From Octopus vulgaris (taxonomy: Eukaryota), in NCBI GenBank assembly GCA_951406725.2, contig OX597823.1:60946001-61010000 (forward strand): 64,000 nucleotides of DNA, given 5' to 3'. A program made the translations under genes and the position numbers. The notes below the pieces were generated by a model. It was not told where the DNA came from. It ran no database searches and was given only the letters and a program-made list of their open reading frames with translations. Position 1 is the first letter of the stretch, and each line of letters opens with the position of its first letter. Shown here one piece after another: positions 55,601 through 64,000 of this stretch.

Positions 55601-56484
55601 GAATTACAATAATCTATGCAATTTAGAATAGGAGGTATCCCTTCATCTGTGGAATTTCATTGAGTGTTACTTGCTGGATATAGGTGTAGAGTACAGAAAT
55701 AATATAAAGAAAATAGTATTGTAATTACAAAAAAGAAACACATTAATGGAATACAATGGGAGGCTTCTTGTTACTTTGGTATATTAACTGAAGATAAAAG
55801 TAAATCTTTCAAAGATTTTGTGGTAAATATATTGCTACCTCAGCAAAGTTATTAATCAACGTTGCTAATTAATCAATTGATATTCCATTAGGCTCCTGTA
55901 GTTGTGACGAACATAGTCAGTTGCTTTAGATTAACTAATTAGAGATGTGTATTTTTCAGGAGGCTAGCTGTGTAGGTTTTACAAAAAAGACATATTCATA
56001 GTACATTTTCTGTAGTCCAACAGAGGACTGAAGCTTAAAATTGTCAACTCATTTTTTTTTCTTTGCTACCCTAAAGTAGAAAACTGCACCTTCTCTCCTA
56101 CCTATCTACAGCTGTGTGATGTGATTCAGCTGGAGTTGGGTGATTCTTCACCCCATACAGAACTGATGTAATTATCAGTGATGGATTACAAATCATATTC
56201 CCTCCAGCTGCTGACTAATCGAACTTAGCAGGATTGAAGACATTTTCAAATGTCACTATGGTCAATGGGTACAGTTCCAAGACCTGAAAATCTGAAGTTA
56301 CTGATTGTCAGAGTCTTTTTCTTCTTTTTCTTCATCATCATCATCTCATCATTCAGCTTTATAGCCACTGAGATGCCATCATCCTTTCCAAATTGATAAA
56401 ATAAGTACCAGTTGAGCACTTGGATTAATGTAATCAACTTACTGCCTCCCCCAAACTTGCTGGCCTTGTGCTAAAATTTGAAAG

Positions 56485-56532
<48 letters not shown>

Positions 56533-58073
56533 TATTATTATTATCTTCTTCCTTATTTGAGGGGTTTCAATGTAGGAACATATAATTCACCTCAGTTCCC
56601 TAATAAACCATTATGGTGGCATAGTTATTATTACACAGTTATGGGTAACATTTATTTATTTATTTATTTTCACCTTTTTTTTTTATGCTATCATTGTAGA
56701 AAATCACGTAAATCTTTTCAAATGTACAGTAGATGCCTTCTAGAGCTCATTTATGATCAGCAATCTCGGTAATTTTTATTCTTTCTTCTCCTCTTACTGA
56801 TATAAAACTATACATTAGTCCTCAGAAAGAAATCCAGTACATTAACCGCCACTGACTTCACCTCCTGATTCTACTTAATCTTATTTAAGAAATGGATACA
56901 AGCATATTTATGGACACCTTGAGAGAAAGTTTCATTTTATCATTTTCTTATTAAATCACATAATAATAAAATCTGGAAAACAAAAATAAAAAAAAAAAGA
57001 AAGAAATAAAAGCTGAATAAGTTCCACGTGAAATGGAAACCAGTGTATTGATTTTTAATTTGATCAGTTAGTAATCACCGAAAAGAAAGTCAGGAAACTT
57101 CGAGGCTACTTTTGCATAGAATATTTGATGAAGTCACTCGATCATTTCATAAGGGAGAGTATCAGGTTAATTTATTTTTGTCTCTGTTTTTATAAAGTTA
57201 GTGAAAGGAGAATTAGTTTTTACTCTTTTGTTGAAGAGATTTAAATACCATGAATGGGTTATTTGAATAAATTCCCAAACTGAGAATATGAAGTGAAAAC
57301 CCGTAATATAACACGTTTGTTGCAGTGCAAGGTATATAAAGTGGCAACTGTACAATTAGTTGCTCACTTTGCCCATTAAGAGGTGTCATTAAATGAATTG
57401 GTCACCCTTTAGTTCTTCAGAAAGTTCCAGTTGTCATTATTAAGATTTAATTGGAGCATTACCATTGGTAATGTTGTTTTGTTTTGTTTTTTTCTCTCTT
57501 TTTTTTACCTTGAACAGTTTAACACATTTTATGATTGTGTTTCATAAGCTATTTTCTTTTCTAAAGAAACTGTTTTCTCGAGTCAAAGTAGTTGGAAAGA
57601 TGGATATATCGTTGCCGCTGTTATTTATTTCATTTACATTGTTGAACGCTGGTAATTGAGGGACAACGCATATTAGTTGAAAGGTGCTGGTTTATGGTTG
57701 AATTGCCCTCGTTTGGTGTGAAATCTTATTAAAGTAAGCAGCTGAAGGAGCTAGGAAAATATACAGCCTGTTATCGATGAAAGAACCATTGCTAGTCATG
57801 CAGATATAGTCATTGATACAAATTATTCAACTACATCAGAAAATATAGCTGTATTTAATATTTTGGACAAAATACTGTAACAGATGCTTAAGCATTAGCT
57901 CAGGGCTACAATTTTCTTAGCTCAGGGGAATAAATTGAGCAAAGTCTTGGGCTCCACATTGAAAGACATTATTTTTATTTATTTATTTTCTTTAGTTCTC
58001 TTAAAGTTGTAATGTACATTATATATATAGTCTTTTATATTTTTTGTTTTATTTCTGAATGTTTTTGTTCTCT

Positions 58074-58450
58074 AGGCGCAGGCGTGGCTGTGTGGCAAGA
58101 AGCTTGCTTCCCAACCACATGGTTTAGGGTTCAGTCCCACTGTGTGGCACCTTGGGCAAGTGTCTTCTACTATAGCCTGGGGCTGACCAAAGCCTTGTGA
58201 GTGTATTTGGTAGATGGAAACTGAAAGCAGCCCATTGTCTATGTGTGTGTATGTGTCTGTGTTTGTCCCCAACACCATCGCCTGACAACTAATGTTGGTT
58301 TGTTTATGTCCCTGTAACTTAGTGGTTCAGCAAAAGTGACCAATAGAATAAGTACTAGGCTTACAAAGAATAAGTTCTGGGGTCGATTTGTTCAACTAAA
58401 GGTGGTGCTCCAGCATGGCCACAGTCAAATGACTGAAACAAGTAAAAGAA
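58074..58450 (+). mobile_element. Full-length SINE family A
   Basis: AGGCGCAGGCGTGGCTGTGTGG...GGTTCAGTCCC...GACTGAAACAAGTAAAAGA. Confidence 0.9.
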
Positions 58451-61400
58451 TATCCAAACTTTTCTCTGCTAGTGTTACATTTTGATGAAATGGTAAATGG
58501 GTGTCTTTTCTTGACCTAAAATTCAAATCCTGCCATGGACAACTTTACTTTCCATCTTTCAAGGGGTGAACTGACTAAATCCTTCCTCCTTCACATTTGT
58601 AGTATTTTGCTTATATTAGAAGCAGTTGGTTAACCCAAACAGAATTTTCCCGGACTCCTTTGAATTTCTGTATAGTTTAATGCTATTACACACCTGGCAC
58701 TGATTAACTTTCCAAATTAATAAGTTTTGATATGTATTCTTGTTGAGGTTTAAGGCCCTAGGTCCATCTTTGATTGATGAGACTTATAATCAAAGGTGCT
58801 TTAGCAATGATCACTTTGTCTTTATTTCAGATACAATAAAATTGCATTATCCTAAGTTCCCTTTTCTTTTTTTTTTTTCTTTACATAGTTGGTGGAATTT
58901 GAGTGAGATTTGACTGCTATTTCAAACATGCCAAGTGGCTGCATATAAGTGCCCTTACTATTTCATTTAATCTTTTTGTAACTATTACCAGAAGTATATC
59001 CATCCATCCATCTGCCTGTCTGTCTAATTTGATTGGGTAAACTGGAGTGTAGGAACAACCAACTGAGCACTAAATACTGACATAAGAGCTACACTCATTT
59101 ACACACTATAGGGTTTGACTATCAACCTGTCATTTCAAATAGCTGTTATTCTATCAAACCTAGAAGAGTGAAAAACCTTGTTGGCTATGGCTGCATTTGA
59201 TACTAAAATTTAGAGATTATTAAGCAGCATGCAAACTATATATTTTAGATTAACACTTTGCTCTGAGCCATCAGGCTCTATTATATAGTTAATGCATCAG
59301 GCCTAATGGAAGTGGATAATTTACTTGGTGACCATCTTTAAGTTGGTCTGATAGTTTCAGGCCTTAAGATTTGAAACCTGTCACACTAATTAGAAGACTT
59401 TAATAATGGTAGAGTTGATTGCAAACTTTGTTTTAGATCAGTAAGCAACACTGTAAATTAATGTAACAATGAGTCTGCATCAAAACAAATTACTATAAAT
59501 TGATTTTTACAGATTTCTCCAACACAGAACTTAATGAAAAAAAATAAATTTAAAAATTATATATGTATTGTGTGTGTGTGTCCATGGATATATATTAAAT
59601 TATCTTTAATCTCGTTAATAGAAATATGTCTGGATTAATAGGTAAAATCAATTAGAACAAGTGAATTTTTGAAAATATGTAAAGTATAAATGGAGAGAAT
59701 TAAATCCATGTCGGGGTACGAGAATTAAATTTTTGTTTTCATTTGAACTTATAGTCCATTTCTTTTGCATCTGTTCATTTTAGAAATGTGATTTATAATA
59801 TAAGAAAATATATTTTTACTCATTAACTTCATTATAACCGAAACAGCTAAGATGATACAGCATGCTGTGGGTTATAATTTTGTCTCTTTTGCTGCATTTA
59901 AATAATTCACTGCTAAAAGATTGTACTTTTCTAGTTTTCCTTATTGCTATGCTCTATCTTTTATAGATTTTTTGTTTTAGTTTTACATCTATTGTTGTAT
60001 ATTGATATATATATATATATATATATATATAGTGGTCACTGTTAGCTTGCATAGCCTCCTTCACTAATACAAACCACTCAAGTTATCTGTGGTAATTGTT
60101 ATAATTACTTTGAAAGTATCTGATTTAAAATATTTTATCCACTGAAAAAAAGAAATACATATATATATAATTATTTAAAATTATTTTCTGGGTTTAATAT
60201 TTGTGTTACTACATATGTCTGATAATCTATTTATTTCATTTTAAATTTTAACATTTTAAAACTCTAAAGCTGACTGTTTTAATAACTATTAGAAAGAAAC
60301 TTATCCTTGAGGTTAATGTTTACTTTCTTAAATATATATTAAACCCTTTAAAACATTGTAACATATACATTGTTAATTTGGGTTATTGATTTTCCCAATA
60401 TTATATTGAGTTTAAAATATCTATATTTATTATATTTACTACTTTTGCTAAGAAAAAAACAAACAAAATATTCAGTTTCAACATTTATGAGTAACATGCA
60501 GATAAATTCATTGATTACAGTAATAATATCGAATATAAGCGGTTCATTTATTTTTTCCCAAATAATTTTACTTATACATTCTAATGGAATACCAAACTGA
60601 AATTTCAAATGGGAAATGAATTATTCTACTTACTATGTTACAGCTACTGTAGTGGTTGTAACATAATACAAGTGGAATTACTGCCTATTCATTAGGTTTC
60701 AATGAAAGTTAGTTGCACTGTAAAATAGCATGTTTCTGTTTTGTCTTTATGTTTTTGTTTTGTGTGTGTGTGTGTGTGTGTTTTCCTATTGTTTTTCCCT
60801 AGATATTTCCCTTTATAAATTCATAGATTTCCTGTTTCGATTTCTGTTTAGCTACCCTTCAAAAACCAAAACAAATTCCGTCCGTCTCTTTCTCGCTTTT
60901 TTCACCCACTGCTGTTTGCCCACAACTGTACTAAAGTATCTCTCAATATATTGACTTCATTGTAATCCAGACAAGCCTCAGACTGTCTTTGAGTGCATGT
61001 CAGTTCCATTCACTGAAATTGATAGTAACTAGACTGAATTGTGGCAGCAGCACAAGCAGAAACTAATTCCACAATATCGATTTTTGTTTGCAACTTGTGA
61101 GAGACTACAGAGCTATTTTAATCTCTATCTCGTCTCTAACAAATCTTGGCTATTCTCTCTCATCAAATTATGATCGAGCCGTTTACTTTCCTTTTCACTT
61201 TGCACAAACAATAAGAATGTCATTTTATTTCCCATATTAGTCTTGTAATAAAAGATATTTGTTTTTACTTTGAGTTGCTGCTTGCTATTTAATTCACTTA
61301 TTTGCAGGGTAGCTTTGATCATTTTCATTCACTAATTACAATCATTAACAAACATCAATTATTAGAATTATTACTCCTAACTTTTTTCTTTGTTTTTTTT

Positions 61401-62074
61401 TTTCTTTTTCTCCTCTCCTCTCCTGCCCCCCATCCCCCATCCCCAGCCGAATATTCTCTACTGTTAGAGAGTGTAACGAAATTTATGTTTGCTCTCACCT
61501 CTAATTGAGATGATTGATAACGTTAACATTTATTGTTTATCAACTTGCACACTTGATATAGAAATTGCTTTCTACCTACAGATAAATTATTATCTAAAAA
61601 TAAATTTTTGTTTCATAAATTACTTTTACTTTTTGGCAAGATATTAGCGTTCGAAGTTCTCATAAATGGTTCTTATGATCATTCACATTCGGCTACATAG
61701 ATTTAGGAAAACTTAGATCTGTGTGTGTTTGTCTATGAGTACTTGTGTGTGTGTGTGTGTGTGTGTGTACTTGTGTGTGTGTGTTTGTTTTCTCTTTGAA
61801 ATATATAGGAATACATGTTTGAATATTTTTAAGATAAAAGTTAAAGGAAGTTTAGTTTGTTGTTATCTGGTCATTATAGAAGTTCCTTTATAGGTATCAG
61901 TTTATGTATGTATGTATTATATGTGTACATAATGATATATGAATACATACACGCACACACACACTGATATACATAATATATAAATGTATACACCACATAC
62001 TTACATGTATGTATGTGTGAGTATATTGTATGTATATGCATGTATGTATGTGTGTGTGTACATATAAATGTATG

Positions 62075-62107
<33 letters not shown>

Positions 62108-62696
62108 ATATATGAATTTATTACAAAATTCCTTTCCAAACAAGTTAGATGCCAAAATATGTGCATATATGAAATTTTGATGATGTTTACATTAAATCTT
62201 GGAATAATAATAGTGTGTGTGCATGTGTGTCCATCCGTCCATCTCCTTCTTCATCTTCTTCTTCTTTTCTTTCCTCTTCTTCTCTTTCCTCTTCTTCTCT
62301 TTCCTCTTCTTTTCATTATTATTATTATTATTATTTAGTTTCATATTCTTTTGAAGATTTTAATGTTAAATGGAAGAACCTTGAGCTCAGTTTATATGGT
62401 AGAGGGATGCATAATGTATGACCTACAATATTTTAGATTGGTGATCAGCTAATTTAATCTGTCTTTTTAACTTATCTCGTCTGATATCATTTAGAAGTTT
62501 TGTTTTTTTTTATTTGCGAGAAAAAAACAGATTTTTTTTTAAGAGTATATTTCCATCTATGAAATAGAAGTGTTTGCCTTCAGGTAAACTATAAACTTCT
62601 ATAAATATGTGTATATATGGATAGAAGTATACTCAAGTACATGTATATGCACTTTAAAAGGTATATTTTTCAATATTTTTTTATTGGGAATTAGGT

Positions 62697-62817
62697 TGCA
62701 TTATTATTATTATTATCATTATTACTATCTTCATCATCATCATCATCATTATTATTATTATCATTATTATTATTATCATTATTATTATTATTATTATTAT
62801 TATCATTATTATTATTA

Positions 62818-62858
<41 letters not shown>
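62697..62858. repeat. Compound (TAT/CAT)n trinucleotide repeat
   Basis: Directly visible; source of the poly-Y/H ORF. Confidence 0.97.
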
Positions 62859-62860
<2 letters not shown>

Positions 62861-64000
62861 GTCATTACATAAATAAATAAACTTATTATTTGTAATTTCG
62901 AGGAAATTTCATCACTACTAGTTAATATTTTGATTTTTCTCTTTTGTTTTCTTTCATTTCTTTAGGAGTTTCAGTTAAATTTAATTTTTATTAAAATCAT
63001 ATTTTAGTGTTTATTTTGGAAAAATTTGTTTTCCGTTCTCATCTTGCAAAATATTTCTCCAAAAATGGATTTGGTCAGTAGAAAAAAACTATTAAAAAGC
63101 AGGTTGTATTTCAAATCTTATATAAAAGAGAAAGCAAAAAAATACCTTGTTCTTGTATGTATTACATGATATTGTTTCTTTGGGTATTTTATCTAAATGA
63201 TCAGTTGTGATCAAAAGTAAAATTGGCATCGCTACCAATAGCTTTAATTTATGAACGCACTTCTTCAAATACTTTTATATGTCTATGATGCCATTAGATG
63301 AATCGTGTTATAAGATAGGAAAAATCAATCATTGTTGAGAACAAAGGTATCATTTCATCTGTCTAATGACTTCTACTGAGGTGAGAGTGAAATGTTAAAT
63401 TATGTCATAGTGTATCTGTCTGTCTTAGATCCCACTCAAAGTTCATTTTAAAATGTTATTATTCCATTCCGACATAGCTGAAATCTTTGAAAATTGTTTC
63501 TACTAAAATTTTACATTAAGAATTTCTCTATCAACAAAAAGTCAAAAAGCTTTCAACATTTTATCATCTCTTCAGAATGCTGATATCTTAAAGTAGTTTT
63601 CTAATTGTTTATTTGTCTGTTTTGTTTTGTTTTGTTTTTTTTGTGTGTGTGTGTGTGTGTGTTTTTTTTGTCTCTTCCAAAATCATTACATTATTTTTAC
63701 TTATCAGTTTTTATCTCATTAACTTGGTCTTTTGTTATTTTATTTGAGAATACATTAACTATCTGTATCAAGATGGAAACAAATGTCAAGATAAGATAAC
63801 ATCTATTTCTTTATTATTTGCATAATTGATTTTATAAACGATTTGCTAACACCTGATGATAAATGTTAACTGCAAATAGCTAGGCCCAGGTGAAGATCTA
63901 CATATAGCAAAAGAGAAGTAACGCTAGAACTATGAATGGAAATTTAAAGTGGATGCTCATGCTACATAGTTTTTAAACTTATTTACTTATTTTATGTATT

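Noticed and set aside
57897-57958. Hairpin followed by ACA (H/ACA snoRNA or miR-87-like)
   Set aside because: GU-dependent stem, no clear H box, ACA spacing non-canonical, similarity to miR-87 limited to the 5' end
63540-63580. Minus-strand CTGAAGA...GAAA hammerhead candidate (also + strand 14799, 31281)
   Set aside because: Stems I and III do not form
1-64000. Supplied ORFs as protein-coding genes
   Set aside because: Mostly translations of microsatellites (YI, CV, HT, LS) or SINE consensus (e.g. ASFSFRLPNPLTR); none resembles a cellular protein

Overview
AT-rich eukaryotic non-coding DNA, very dense in (TA)n/(TG)n/(CT)n/(AAT)n/(GAT)n microsatellites and tRNA-derived SINEs. The repeat content looks to me like a coleoid cephalopod (Octopus-like) genome; this is inference from memory, not a database match. 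I find no intact protein-coding gene. The supplied ORFs are almost all microsatellite or SINE read-through. The window is most plausibly part of a very long intron of a + strand gene. Mobile DNA comprises at least four SINE families, piggyBac-type and hAT-type MITEs, two Helentron/HINE-like elements, a decayed Tigger/pogo transposase (~37.7-39.1 kb) and LINE RT scraps. Strongest unexplained signals: (1) a near-complete type I hammerhead ribozyme at 30453-30540; (2) a textbook recursive-splicing ratchet point (poly-Y TAG|GTAAGT, 24016/24017) followed by an 88-nt RS-exon with its own AAG|GTAAGG donor; (3) a C/D-box-like 125-nt foldback on the minus strand (39887-40011); (4) two compact multi-way-junction folds in unique sequence (22389-22470, 56127-56210). 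All folds were read by eye, not computed.
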